NCBI GenBank assembly: GCA_944359065.1
Contig: CALVSP010000001.1
Span: 4,314-68,313 of the forward strand
Length of the DNA stretch: 64,000 bases
Source: an uncultured Bacilli bacterium
GTDB taxonomy: Bacteria > Bacillota_I > Bacilli_A > RF39 > UBA660
Direction: 5' to 3'
The first letter of the stretch is position 1; every line of letters starts with the position of its first letter. This document shows positions 20,165-30,478 of this stretch, piece by piece. Both the position numbers and the translations under genes were made by a program. The notes beneath the pieces are model-generated. The model searched no databases, was not told the origin of the DNA, and saw only the letters and a list, made by a program, of their open reading frames with translations.

Positions 20165-21289
20165 CTACAAGTATTCTTGTGCCCTTTCTAAGTATTCTTC
20201 CATTGCATTTTTAAACTTTTTCTTAACATCATCCATACCAACTAATCTTTCACTTTTATCTTTTTTTATTTCTTTAGCTATCATATTTAATAATTCTTCA
20301 TCAGTTATTTCAATACCTGCACTTAATAATAAATCAACTATTCTTCTTATTTCTTCTCTTAACAATAAAACTGCGTTTTTAGCCATTTTTTTCTTTTGTT
20401 CTCTTTTAGAAGGAACTAAAGAATCTAAAACTAAATAATCTATTAAGAATGAGTGATCCAAAAATCCTTTTAATACATCATTTCCATTATCAGTATCATT
20501 TTCTTTTTTATTTTCATCATCCTCAAATTTTAATAAATATTCCCATAGTTTAACAGCAATTCTAAAGTTAGGATTCTTTAAAATGATATTAGTTTTCTTA
20601 ATTGGTGGCTTTATGAATGACACATGTGCTTTATCTAAAGCTTTATACATTTCACTTCTTTGCCAACTAGAAATATATTCTTTAATTCTTTTAATTCTAG
20701 CTTTGATTTTTTTAATTTCATCTTTAATTTTTTTGTCAACCTTTGCAGTTGGTAAAGTTTCTGATGTAACTTTTAATTCAATATCTAATTTTTCAAAATC
20801 AGTTACTGTTTTAGCAGAATACTCTAATACTTTATCATCACTTAATTCAAAATTATTAAGTAATTCCTCTTTTTCTAAAACAAATTTTAATAAAGAATCT
20901 ATTAGAGTATAGAGAAACCTATTTTCATATATATTATAGGTTTCTTCATTTCTAACATCCAATATTTTTTTAGGTTCAACACTTTTAGTTTTCTTATCAA
21001 CTTTATTAATATATTCAGTATGTTTACTCAAATCTTTAATACTTGCTACAGTAATTTTTTTTGATTTTTCAATTTTAACAGTATTTTCTTCTCTAATAAG
21101 TGCGATTTTAGGTTGTCTTACAATAATATCAATATATGGACAAGCATCTTCTATTACATCAATCCAATCAAAAGATACTAAATTACCTTCATAATCAGAT
21201 TTAAAAAACATCTCAGAGCCTAATTTTTTTAAAAATATATCAGTTCTATCTTTTACTTCTTTTTCAACTTCACATTTGAAATTGTCCAT
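20165..21289 (-). CDS. hypothetical cytoplasmic protein, apparently partnered with the McrB-like AAA+ gene (13 bp from the neighbours on each side)
   Basis: 374-aa ORF, K/E-rich, with no confidently recognisable nuclease motif. Confidence 0.4.
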   Translation of the reverse strand: MDNFKCEVEKEVKDRTDIFLKKLGSEMFFKSDYEGNLVSFDWIDVIEDACPYIDIIVRQPKIALIREENTVKIEKSKKITVASIKDLSKHTEYINKVDKKTKSVEPKKILDVRNEETYNIYENRFLYTLIDSLLKFVLEKEELLNNFELSDDKVLEYSAKTVTDFEKLDIELKVTSETLPTAKVDKKIKDEIKKIKARIKRIKEYISSWQRSEMYKALDKAHVSFIKPPIKKTNIILKNPNFRIAVKLWEYLLKFEDDENKKENDTDNGNDVLKGFLDHSFLIDYLVLDSLVPSKREQKKKMAKNAVLLLREEIRRIVDLLLSAGIEITDEELLNMIAKEIKKDKSERLVGMDDVKKKFKNAMEEYLERAQEYL

Positions 21290-21306
21290 ATAATATCAAC
21301 CCCTAA

Positions 21307-22836
21307 CTATATGCTTTTCTTAAGATTTTGTAAATATGCAATACATTCTTTCATTACATCTTTACCAAATTTTTTATTCAAATAAGAAATAAATGGATCA
21401 ATTTCATCTCTAATTAAAGCAACACTTAATTGATCAAATTTTCTTAATATTTTTTTAGCAATAAAGTAATCAATAGCTTCGATTTCTTTACCACCACATG
21501 CTACATAAACAGGAACAAATACACCTAATTGTTTCATAATACGATTACCAAAAGCAATTCTAAAATGTTCAATAACGTAATCATCTATTTCTCCAACATA
21601 ATTTAATCCTTTATCAGATAATGGATATTTTTCAATTGCATCAGCGAATAAACTGTCTAAATAACTTGAATTTATTTTTACTACATCTTGTTCACGACAT
21701 TTAAATGGATCTACTTTTGTATTAATATCAATAGGCATTGCTCTATCATATACTTTATCAGTAACCATAAATGTTGAATCATCATTATTAATAGTACCAA
21801 TATACCAAATATTACCTGGTAATTTAATTTTTCCTTTAATTAATTTTTTAGGATCATCTGGCCAAGCACTAGGAACTAAATCTACTAACCATTCATCACG
21901 ACTAGGCATTTCAAGAATTGATAATAAATCCGCAAAATAATATTCAACACGTGCTAAATTCATTTCATCTAGAATAATTGTATGAACATCATCATCAAAT
22001 GAAGCAGCATATATTTCACCTAAAGCCTTAGTTTCATTAAACTTTTTAGTAAATTCATTGAAATATCCTAAAAAATCTGATTTATCTCTCCAAGATGGTT
22101 CAACAGAAGATACACAAGCATCCATACCCATAAATTTTCCCCAAGCATATGCTAAGGAAGTTTTACCAGTACCAGAGATACCTTGTAAAATAATTAACTT
22201 ACCACAAGCTAAGCCACCAAAGAAAGGCCTTAAAATTGTAAAATCATAATATAAATGTAATTGACTAGCAGCAAAACATCTAAAATCATCAATTAATTGC
22301 GCTAAAGTTGTATCGTTTTCATATTTTTTAATTTTATAACCTTCAAATTGTTCATCAATAGCCACCAATTTAGGAAATCTAATTCCTTTAATAACAGCAT
22401 CTTCTTCTTCCGGTTTTTCTTCTTCTTTATTTTCTTCAGTTTCTTCCTCAGGATTAATTCCTAATTGAGAAACTTTCATAGCCATTAATTCTTCTCTTTC
22501 TTTCATTAACTTTCTAACTTGATCATTTAAATTACCAATTTCAGTTAATAATTCATCTTTACTTAAATTATTATTTAATTTTCTTATAATTTTTTTAACT
22601 AATAAGAATATTAATAATGCTATTAATAAAACAATTATTATTAAACAAACAACACACATAACAACAAATATTTTTTCATTGCCATTAAAATTATCTTTAT
22701 AACTTTCAATTATTTTAGCGTAATCACCAAAACTAAACATCTGTTTAATACCATTAATAAATCCTTTAAAAGCATTAAACAATCCATCAAAAAAGATAGA
22801 TATAAATTCGTAAAAAAATCTCAAAAATGTATTCAT
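21307..22836 (-). CDS. membrane-anchored AAA+ ATPase of the AAA_5 / McrB-like class
   Basis: 509 aa. TM helix (FVVMCVVCLIIIVLLIALLIFLL), coiled coil, acidic linker. Walker A GISGTGKTS. Walker B/sensor HTIILDEMNLARVEYYFADLLSILE (compare McrB hhIDEINRa...fGEl..LLE). Also IGTINNDDSTF...YDRA. Confidence 0.6.
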   Translation of the reverse strand: MNTFLRFFYEFISIFFDGLFNAFKGFINGIKQMFSFGDYAKIIESYKDNFNGNEKIFVVMCVVCLIIIVLLIALLIFLLVKKIIRKLNNNLSKDELLTEIGNLNDQVRKLMKEREELMAMKVSQLGINPEEETEENKEEEKPEEEDAVIKGIRFPKLVAIDEQFEGYKIKKYENDTTLAQLIDDFRCFAASQLHLYYDFTILRPFFGGLACGKLIILQGISGTGKTSLAYAWGKFMGMDACVSSVEPSWRDKSDFLGYFNEFTKKFNETKALGEIYAASFDDDVHTIILDEMNLARVEYYFADLLSILEMPSRDEWLVDLVPSAWPDDPKKLIKGKIKLPGNIWYIGTINNDDSTFMVTDKVYDRAMPIDINTKVDPFKCREQDVVKINSSYLDSLFADAIEKYPLSDKGLNYVGEIDDYVIEHFRIAFGNRIMKQLGVFVPVYVACGGKEIEAIDYFIAKKILRKFDQLSVALIRDEIDPFISYLNKKFGKDVMKECIAYLQNLKKSI

Positions 22837-22839
22837 AAA

Positions 22840-24882
22840 CTACTCTCCCCAATAACTTCCTATTTTACTTGCTATATCATCATAAGCAATTTTATTGTGT
22901 AATTCTTCTTTAATTGATGATAAAACATCAATCGATTCAAACATTTTCCCTTTTACTCTTTTATCGATAAATATGTATTCCATTGCTTCAACAATTCCTT
23001 GATCTTTTGCTTTAACTGCTGAAGTTTGTAAATCAACGGCAAATCTATATCCATCTTTAATTAATGATTTAATAACCTTTTTATTCTTTGACAATTCTTC
23101 ATATTGAGATAAAACAATAATATTATTTTTAGCATATTCATCACCAAATAAATTAAATATTTTATCTAACTTATTAGATTTAGTATATAAACTTTCTGGT
23201 ATATAGAATATATATTTTTTATTAAAATCAGCATTCAACATATCTTTAACAACTTGTACCAATAATAATGTTAATAAAACTTCTATTTTGTCTTCAGCAA
23301 CAATGCCATCATAATATGTTTTATCTACAATATAATCGCTATATACTTTACTAAAATTGATATTATGATTTAGTTCAACTGCGTAAGTATTTTTTATTGA
23401 TAAACTATTATAATTTAATTCAAATAAACTTGTTTCTAATTTTTCAATCGATTCTTTAACAATAGATTTATAAGTTTTTTGAATTTTTAATATACTACTA
23501 ATCATAGTATTCATTGTTTTTGGATCAACTTCAGTTCCAATTAATTTAACCATCTTATTTTTATAAGTTTGTTTTTTTATCTTAGTATCATCAATAACTA
23601 AATATGTGTGTTCTAAATGCATAATTAAAGTAAATATATTAGTGTATTTTTTTACCTTTTCACTATATTTATTATCAGTACCTTTATATACTTTAATCAT
23701 TTTTTCTGCTGCTTCTTTTAATGCATTTTCAATTCTAGTATTCATATTACGGCCATTATATTCAACATTGACATCTCCGCAATAATTATAATATTTACCA
23801 TCAATATAAACACTCATAAAGTTTTCTCTAATCGTTGCTTCATTAGTTTTTAAAGTTTCATCATTATTTAAAACTTCAATAATTTCCTTTAATTCTTCTT
23901 CTTTCATAAACATAGTTTTTTCGATTATATTTTTGAATTTTTTCTTTTTATTTTGTAACATTTCTAATTTTAATTCAACTTCAGCAACTTTAGGTTCTTC
24001 TTCTTTTTCTACAACGACTGGTTGTTCTTCTTCAATTTCAATTTTTTTAGCATAAGCATTTTCGATTTCATCTTTATCAACTTGAATCATTCTAAAATAC
24101 ATAGTTTTATCTAAATCTTCTGCTTCTAAAGGTTTTAAATCAGTAATTGTTTCATCAATTTTTTCATCTTTTACTTCTTCAACCTTAGTAACTTTTACTT
24201 CTTCATCTTCTTCTTTTATATTATTTTGAATTTTTTCTGGTTCTGATTTTTCTTTAATATATTCATCATTAACTATTTTTTTCTTATCCTTTTTAATTAA
24301 TTTAATAATATTTTTTATAAATATTTTTATTTTTTTAACTACATTTGCCATAAATACATCAAATTTCTTCATATCTTTTTCCTTCTTATTCTTCTTAATT
24401 GTTAATGTTACTAAATAAACAGTAATAATAATTGCAACTAAAACATAAGGATTAAATATTGTTTTTTTAAATATACCAAAAGCAGGTAATACTTTAACAA
24501 CTTTTCCAACTATTTGTTCTTGTGTAATTGGATCATCCTTAGCATCATTAGCATCACCTTTAGTTACATAAGTACCTTGGTATGCTTCAATAACTCTATG
24601 AGTTATAAATTCACCATCTTGCTTAAATGTAATAATATCATCTAATTTTATATTTTTAGAATACTTAACAACAATCCAATCACCAGGTTCAACTGCTTCT
24701 CCCATACTTCCTGTCTGCACTTCAAATACAGAGTAACCAAAAAAACTAGAGTAATCATTACCTAATAATTTAACTTGGATATTGTTGTATATAGAAATTA
24801 ATAATACTATTCCAAAAATAAAAATTAATATATTTAAACCAATATTGGCAACTTTTTCTAAAATTTTACCTTTATTTACCAT
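22840..24882 (-). CDS. fusion protein: N-terminal S26B/SipW-type signal peptidase domain plus a long K/E-rich coiled-coil and a C-terminal domain of about 380 aa of unknown function
   Basis: TM helix, QTGSMGEAVEPGDWIVV (Ser), FITHRVIEAY (His), TKGDANDAKDD, then a second TM (YVLVAIIITVYLVTLTI). Cytoplasmic extension of about 500 aa follows. Confidence 0.6.
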   Translation of the reverse strand: MVNKGKILEKVANIGLNILIFIFGIVLLISIYNNIQVKLLGNDYSSFFGYSVFEVQTGSMGEAVEPGDWIVVKYSKNIKLDDIITFKQDGEFITHRVIEAYQGTYVTKGDANDAKDDPITQEQIVGKVVKVLPAFGIFKKTIFNPYVLVAIIITVYLVTLTIKKNKKEKDMKKFDVFMANVVKKIKIFIKNIIKLIKKDKKKIVNDEYIKEKSEPEKIQNNIKEEDEEVKVTKVEEVKDEKIDETITDLKPLEAEDLDKTMYFRMIQVDKDEIENAYAKKIEIEEEQPVVVEKEEEPKVAEVELKLEMLQNKKKKFKNIIEKTMFMKEEELKEIIEVLNNDETLKTNEATIRENFMSVYIDGKYYNYCGDVNVEYNGRNMNTRIENALKEAAEKMIKVYKGTDNKYSEKVKKYTNIFTLIMHLEHTYLVIDDTKIKKQTYKNKMVKLIGTEVDPKTMNTMISSILKIQKTYKSIVKESIEKLETSLFELNYNSLSIKNTYAVELNHNINFSKVYSDYIVDKTYYDGIVAEDKIEVLLTLLLVQVVKDMLNADFNKKYIFYIPESLYTKSNKLDKIFNLFGDEYAKNNIIVLSQYEELSKNKKVIKSLIKDGYRFAVDLQTSAVKAKDQGIVEAMEYIFIDKRVKGKMFESIDVLSSIKEELHNKIAYDDIASKIGSYWGE

Positions 24883-24978
24883 ACTATATCAACCCTATCT
24901 TTGACTCTTTTCTTACTATATATAATTTTACCATATTCGACATTTTTTTACAATACAAAAAATCAAAAAAAAGAATGT

Positions 24979-26589
24979 TTAATCATTCTCTTTAATTTCT
25001 TTAGCAACAATTTTTTCAACTTGCACAATAAACCAAATCTTTTCAATTGTTGTTTCACTTTTTTCTATTTTATTTACTCTTAATATTAATAATATCTTAT
25101 TAAGTAAATTTTTAAGATTATCTTCATTTAAATCATCTTCACTAATATTAATACTATTTAATCGATATTTATTACTAATTGTTTTAGCAATATTATTACT
25201 AGAAAAAATTGGTACTCCAGTAATAATAATATTAGTTGGATTCATTGCAAACAAATCAAAATTATCGCTATATTTAATAATTTCATCATAATCAGTTATA
25301 TTATAAACTTTTTGAATTGTTAATTTTTTAAAATAATCAAAACTATAATATAAATTCAAAACATCAGAAATAGTTAATGTATCATTTAATATCATCATTA
25401 CTTTATCTTTAAAATATTCAATATCATAAGTTTTATATAACTCATATAATTCTTTAGCTTTTAAAACTGATTGTAATTTTAATTGCTTTAAAGCACTATC
25501 AGATCTAAACTCAAATAAACCTGGTTTACCACTAAAGATTTTCTTATTTAATTTTTCTAATTCATTTTCTTTAGTTTCTATTTGATCAATAATAGTTTTT
25601 AAACCTTTATACTCTTTTTTATCAGTAGTCAATAATTTTTCATATTCATCTTTAAAATACTTAAACATTGGATAAAACTCTAAATAATTTTGATATTCTA
25701 AAATATTTAATTTTAATTTTTCTAAAGCAGGCGCTACTTTATCAACATCAGTAACTTCTGGAATTAAAGAATCAAATGCTGTTTTGCGTCCTTTACTATC
25801 ACTTAAATATTGTTCGATATCTAATTCTTTAGTTTTAGCCATAGCTATTATGTCACTAATAGTTTCTTTACTTGCCATATTTAAATCAATATAAGCATCT
25901 TGTAATTTTTCTAAACAATGAGCATAATCTCTAATTTTATTTTTCTCCATTACTTCTTTTTGTAATGTTAAAATATAATTATTAAATTTACGACTATTTT
26001 TCTTAATTAACTTTCTAAAATTTAATTCTATATGTTGAATAAGTTCAGGATTTACCCAATAAATTTGTTCAAATATTTCTGATACTTTATCATAACTACT
26101 TAATCTTCTATTTCTTACTTCTAAAAAAGCAGTCATATATTCATGGACATAACAAGTATAATTAAAATCATCACTTTCTAAATGAATACCTGCTTGTTCA
26201 AACTTATCTAATAAACCATTTATTATTTCATTTAAAGATTTAAAATTAAATGTATCATAATTATTAATTTGATATAGTAAATCATCAAAACACATTTTTT
26301 CGACATAGGTATTAGTTGGATTTAAAAGAAATTTAACATTTTCTAAAGTTTCTAATTTTTCTGTTAATTGATCTAAATCAGTAGATTCTTTAACTTCAAA
26401 ACTTTTAGCCTTAGCAATTAAATAATTTCTAGTGCTAGTTTTATATTCTTCATATCTTTCAATTATATCATCAATTGTTTCATTAAATTTCTTTTTATTT
26501 GTTTTAGTTTTAGTAGGCATAGTGGAAATTAATGTTTTTTTTGCTTCAATATCTTTATTTATAAATTCTAAAAAATTATTCATCTTCAT
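24979..26589 (-). CDS. hypothetical all-alpha cytoplasmic protein
   Basis: 536 aa with no TM. Sits inside the same tightly spaced minus-strand gene string. Confidence 0.4.
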   Translation of the reverse strand: MKMNNFLEFINKDIEAKKTLISTMPTKTKTNKKKFNETIDDIIERYEEYKTSTRNYLIAKAKSFEVKESTDLDQLTEKLETLENVKFLLNPTNTYVEKMCFDDLLYQINNYDTFNFKSLNEIINGLLDKFEQAGIHLESDDFNYTCYVHEYMTAFLEVRNRRLSSYDKVSEIFEQIYWVNPELIQHIELNFRKLIKKNSRKFNNYILTLQKEVMEKNKIRDYAHCLEKLQDAYIDLNMASKETISDIIAMAKTKELDIEQYLSDSKGRKTAFDSLIPEVTDVDKVAPALEKLKLNILEYQNYLEFYPMFKYFKDEYEKLLTTDKKEYKGLKTIIDQIETKENELEKLNKKIFSGKPGLFEFRSDSALKQLKLQSVLKAKELYELYKTYDIEYFKDKVMMILNDTLTISDVLNLYYSFDYFKKLTIQKVYNITDYDEIIKYSDNFDLFAMNPTNIIITGVPIFSSNNIAKTISNKYRLNSINISEDDLNEDNLKNLLNKILLILRVNKIEKSETTIEKIWFIVQVEKIVAKEIKEND

Positions 26590-26736
26590 TTTCCTCTTCT
26601 AACTCTATTTTACTTTCAACTAAAAATTGCGAAAAATCTGTAATATTTTGATAAACTTCAATCAATTCTTTTAAAGTTAGTGTCGATAAATCGAAATCTA
26701 CTTTTTCTTCCCTTTTCATCTTATCACCTTTTTCCC

Positions 26737-27783
26737 CTATTCATATCCTTGTGTATCTTTTAAGAAATTTAATGAAATATATATTTCAGCACCATCAGAA
26801 TCTGTTTCTAGACTATCAATATCTTGTCCTTCAATCCAAACATATACTCTTGTTTTAGTTATACCATCTGGTACAGTAAATAAAGGTTGTTCAAAATCTT
26901 CATCAGTCATAGTTTCTTGTAATTCAAAATAATTTGGATCAAGATTTGGTGAACCAGATACTGTATTTGCTACAAATATAGGACCACCTGCTCTAGTAAA
27001 TGCATATGTTGGAAATTCTTGCCCATCAATTAAATTAACGCCATATTTAGTAGCCCTTTCAATAGAAAGATTTGAATGTGCTTTACTATTTGGCTCAAAA
27101 ATAATAGAATAACAATTATTATTACATTCAATATTTTGAACTTCATTTGCTGGTGCATCTTTAGCAACAGATCCAATTTTAACAATACCAATACGAGCAG
27201 AATTTAATAAACCTATCATTTCTTCTTCTGCATTTTTTTCCATTGTGATTGAAGTACCATATTCAAAATATAAATTATCGCTTACTGGAGAACCAGAATC
27301 ATTTTTGAAAAACAAATCAAATGCTATATAATTATTGTACTCATTTCTGCCACCTTCATGCATTAAATTAGTTCTTATATAACCATTATTTTTATCCTTA
27401 TTTGGATATCTAACCCCACTACTTGAAAACATATTAAATATCGGACTATCATGATTAGTAATTCCATTTGAAGAAATAGGTACTAATCCGCCACCTGCCC
27501 ATTGACTTGTATTATTAGGATAAGTATATCTTAATCCTCTTATAAGTTCATCAGCAGATATAATTAAATCAGTATCAAAATTAATACCATCTAAAGAAAT
27601 AGATAATCCAGTATTCTTTTTAACCGTCATAGTAAATGTTTTTACTCTAACATTTAAATTGGTTGAAAACCATGCATATGTTGAAAAAATAAGCAAAATA
27701 CCTACTAATACCATAATAGTGATAGTAACTTTTTTATTTGTTTTTTCAATAATTCTTTGTCTAAAAGTATTTTGTTTTTTCAT
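26737..27783 (-). CDS. secreted protein, SipW-cognate signal (STYAWFSTNLNV); member of the IWIEGQDID family
   Basis: 348 aa. C-terminal region TKTRVYVWIEGQDIDSLETD shared with paralogues. Confidence 0.55.
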   Translation of the reverse strand: MKKQNTFRQRIIEKTNKKVTITIMVLVGILLIFSTYAWFSTNLNVRVKTFTMTVKKNTGLSISLDGINFDTDLIISADELIRGLRYTYPNNTSQWAGGGLVPISSNGITNHDSPIFNMFSSSGVRYPNKDKNNGYIRTNLMHEGGRNEYNNYIAFDLFFKNDSGSPVSDNLYFEYGTSITMEKNAEEEMIGLLNSARIGIVKIGSVAKDAPANEVQNIECNNNCYSIIFEPNSKAHSNLSIERATKYGVNLIDGQEFPTYAFTRAGGPIFVANTVSGSPNLDPNYFELQETMTDEDFEQPLFTVPDGITKTRVYVWIEGQDIDSLETDSDGAEIYISLNFLKDTQGYE

Positions 27784-27844
27784 TTTTCACCACCTAATTA
27801 ATAAAGGAAGAGTAATTAACCAAATTACTCTTCTTTATTATCAA

Positions 27845-29146
27845 TTATTCACCATTTGTTGGAGTAATATCTGTACTTGGTCCATCGTAACCTGGAATAT
27901 CAGATTCAATATATCTTTCTTTAGTGAATCCAAAATTAACTGTAATTTTCTTTCCTAATGAAGCGAAATCATAATTATCGATATCTTGTCCTTCAATCCA
28001 AATGTAAACTCTAACTTTTGTAATACTATTTGGAGCTAAAGTCATAAACTGTGGACGATCTTTACCAGCAACATTTTTCATTGTATCAGTAAAGTATGGG
28101 AATTCAACTAAGTTATATGTACTTCTATTTCCTGCAATGTAAGTTTCATAATCTACAGTATTTTTTGTATAAGTATTGTAAGCTAATCCATCATAAATAT
28201 TTACATTATCAGCAATTTCAATATCATTACTAATTGCATATGTTGGATAAGCTGTACCATTTTCTACTGCAGTACATTTTGAACCAGCATTATATGAATC
28301 TGGATCATTAACATCGTCACCATCAGTAGAAGCTTTTCTTGTTAAACAAGATTTTTGATACCAATTAATAGCATTTTGTACGTGTTTAGTATCGTTTGGT
28401 TCCCAAATTTGAGCATCTCTACAAATTCCAGTTACTTGAACTTGGCCATCAGCAGCAGGTACATCAGCGCAAGTGATTTTTGTAATATTGTCAACTGATT
28501 CAGTATTAGCTTCAACACGCCCGATTTGCGCGAAAGCAACTCTTACTGAATTTTCAATACCTGCTTTTTTTTCTCCACCATTTGCAGAAACTTTAACTTC
28601 TGAATTAGTAGTTAAATAAATTGCTTCTTCATTTAATGGATTATTATCAGTATAATAAGCATTTCCTGATAAGTTTTTAATGAATAAGTCAAATGCTACA
28701 TATCCATTTTCTTCTTCATATTCAACACCACCAGCATTTAAAGTAGTATGGTTATCAACTTGTTTAGATAATAATCTATAACCACCAGTAACAGCAGTTA
28801 AACTTCCTTTTTCATATAATTTCATTCTTGATGAAGCTTTATGCATATCACCAACAGATGACATTGGAATTAATCCTTCGCCAGGTTGATCTAACCATTG
28901 GTTAGCATTTCCTTCATAAGGATCAGCATTTCTTGCATCTAATGTATATTTCCAGTTTTCTCCATCCATAGATAAGAATAAACCTTCTGTTGTTGCTATG
29001 TTAACACTAAATTCTGCAACATTAACAGTTTTCATACCAATAAACCATGCATAAGTTGAAACTGATAATAAGATTGCACATAAAGAACAAATAGCAACTA
29101 AATCTCTAATTCTTTTACTTTTTTTACTATTATGTTTTTTTGCCAT
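27845..29146 (-). CDS. secreted protein, SipW-cognate signal (STYAWFIGMKTVNV); paralogue of 37550..38866
   Basis: 433 aa. Ends ...RVYIWIEGQDIDNYDFASLGKKITVNFGFTKERY. Confidence 0.55.
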   Translation of the reverse strand: MAKKHNSKKSKRIRDLVAICSLCAILLSVSTYAWFIGMKTVNVAEFSVNIATTEGLFLSMDGENWKYTLDARNADPYEGNANQWLDQPGEGLIPMSSVGDMHKASSRMKLYEKGSLTAVTGGYRLLSKQVDNHTTLNAGGVEYEEENGYVAFDLFIKNLSGNAYYTDNNPLNEEAIYLTTNSEVKVSANGGEKKAGIENSVRVAFAQIGRVEANTESVDNITKITCADVPAADGQVQVTGICRDAQIWEPNDTKHVQNAINWYQKSCLTRKASTDGDDVNDPDSYNAGSKCTAVENGTAYPTYAISNDIEIADNVNIYDGLAYNTYTKNTVDYETYIAGNRSTYNLVEFPYFTDTMKNVAGKDRPQFMTLAPNSITKVRVYIWIEGQDIDNYDFASLGKKITVNFGFTKERYIESDIPGYDGPSTDITPTNGE

Positions 29147-29214
29147 AATTTCCTCCTATATTTAAATTTTAGTAACCTAGAAGATTAATTAAAATCTTCT
29201 AGTTACTTTAATAA

Positions 29215-30459
29215 TTATTCACCTAATGTTGGTCTCTTATCAACATCACTTGGTAATTTAGGATCACCATCATAGTTGATATCTTCACCATATAATTGTT
29301 CTTTAGTAAATCCAAATGAAAGTGAGATTTGTCCTCCTAATGAAGCAAAATCATAGTTATCAACATCTTGTCCTTCAATCCAAATATAAACTCTAATTTT
29401 TGTAATACTATTTGGAGCTAAATAGAATAATTCTGGTCTTTCAGTACCTTTTAAATTTTTCATTGTATCTGTGAAAGTAGATACTTTCATTAATTTGCCT
29501 TTAGTAGCAGTCATAGCAACTGAAGCAGTATAACCATTGTATTCAGTACCATCATATACATCTACTTGATCAGTGTAATTAATTTCACCACTTACTGCAT
29601 ATGTTGGAACAAAAGTACCATCAGTAACAGTACCACATGTACCACTAAATGAACTTGGATTAGTAATATCAGCCGCTTTTCTCTTTAAGCATGATTTTGT
29701 ATACCATTGAATTGCATTATTTACGTGTTTTGTATCATTTGGTTCCCAAATTGTAGCATCTCTATTTGTACAAATACTAGAAACGCCATTACCACCTGTA
29801 CAATCAATTCCTTGAATTTTTGAAGTATTTTCTTCAGTTGCAACTACACGTCCAATTTGTGCGAAAGCAACTCTTACTGAATTTTCAATACCAGCTGTTT
29901 TTTGTCCAGCAGCACCAGTTTTAACAACTGATTGTGGAGTTAAATAAATTCCTTCTTCATTTTTTATATCAACTGTATCATAATAAGCATTTCCTGATAA
30001 GTTTTTAACAAATAAATCAAATGCTACATATCCATCTTGTTCAGTAGTATCATTTTCAACTTGCCTAGCCATTACACGATAACCACCAGGTGAAGCTGTG
30101 AAACTACCTTTTTCATATAAAATTAAGTTAGATGAATCAGTGTCGATTTTTCCAACTGTTGACATTGGAATTAATCCTTTGCCACCCCAACTGTTTGTAT
30201 TAGTCGAATATGTTCCTTTAACACCAGGATCACTATAATTACTTTCGTTAATTGTTACTGTGTCACCAAAATTTTTACCATCTAATGAAAGTGATAAACC
30301 ATCGATTGCAGCAATTTCTACATCGAATGCGGTAACGTTAACAGTTTTCATACCAATAAACCATGCATAGGTTGAAACTGATAAAATAGTAGCACATAAA
30401 CCAGCTCCAACAAGCAATTTTTTGACACGTTTTTCATGTCTTCTATTTCTTTTTTCCAT
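29215..30459 (-). CDS. secreted protein, SipW-cognate signal; paralogue of 38877..40295
   Basis: 414 aa. STYAWFIGMKTVNVTAFDVEIAAIDGLSLSLDG... and RVYIWIEGQDVDNYDFASLGGQISLSFGFTKEQ. Confidence 0.55.
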   Translation of the reverse strand: MEKRNRRHEKRVKKLLVGAGLCATILSVSTYAWFIGMKTVNVTAFDVEIAAIDGLSLSLDGKNFGDTVTINESNYSDPGVKGTYSTNTNSWGGKGLIPMSTVGKIDTDSSNLILYEKGSFTASPGGYRVMARQVENDTTEQDGYVAFDLFVKNLSGNAYYDTVDIKNEEGIYLTPQSVVKTGAAGQKTAGIENSVRVAFAQIGRVVATEENTSKIQGIDCTGGNGVSSICTNRDATIWEPNDTKHVNNAIQWYTKSCLKRKAADITNPSSFSGTCGTVTDGTFVPTYAVSGEINYTDQVDVYDGTEYNGYTASVAMTATKGKLMKVSTFTDTMKNLKGTERPELFYLAPNSITKIRVYIWIEGQDVDNYDFASLGGQISLSFGFTKEQLYGEDINYDGDPKLPSDVDKRPTLGE

Positions 30460-30478
30460 ATGTACCTCTCTCTTTTCA

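Noticed and set aside
20165-22836. Calling the AAA_5 protein plus partner a McrBC restriction system
   Set aside because: The ATPase is membrane-anchored with a coiled coil. The partner shows no obvious PD-(D/E)xK motif by eye. Both are translationally coupled to signal-peptidase genes. I kept it as a finding with the defence-module alternative noted, rather than annotating it as McrBC.
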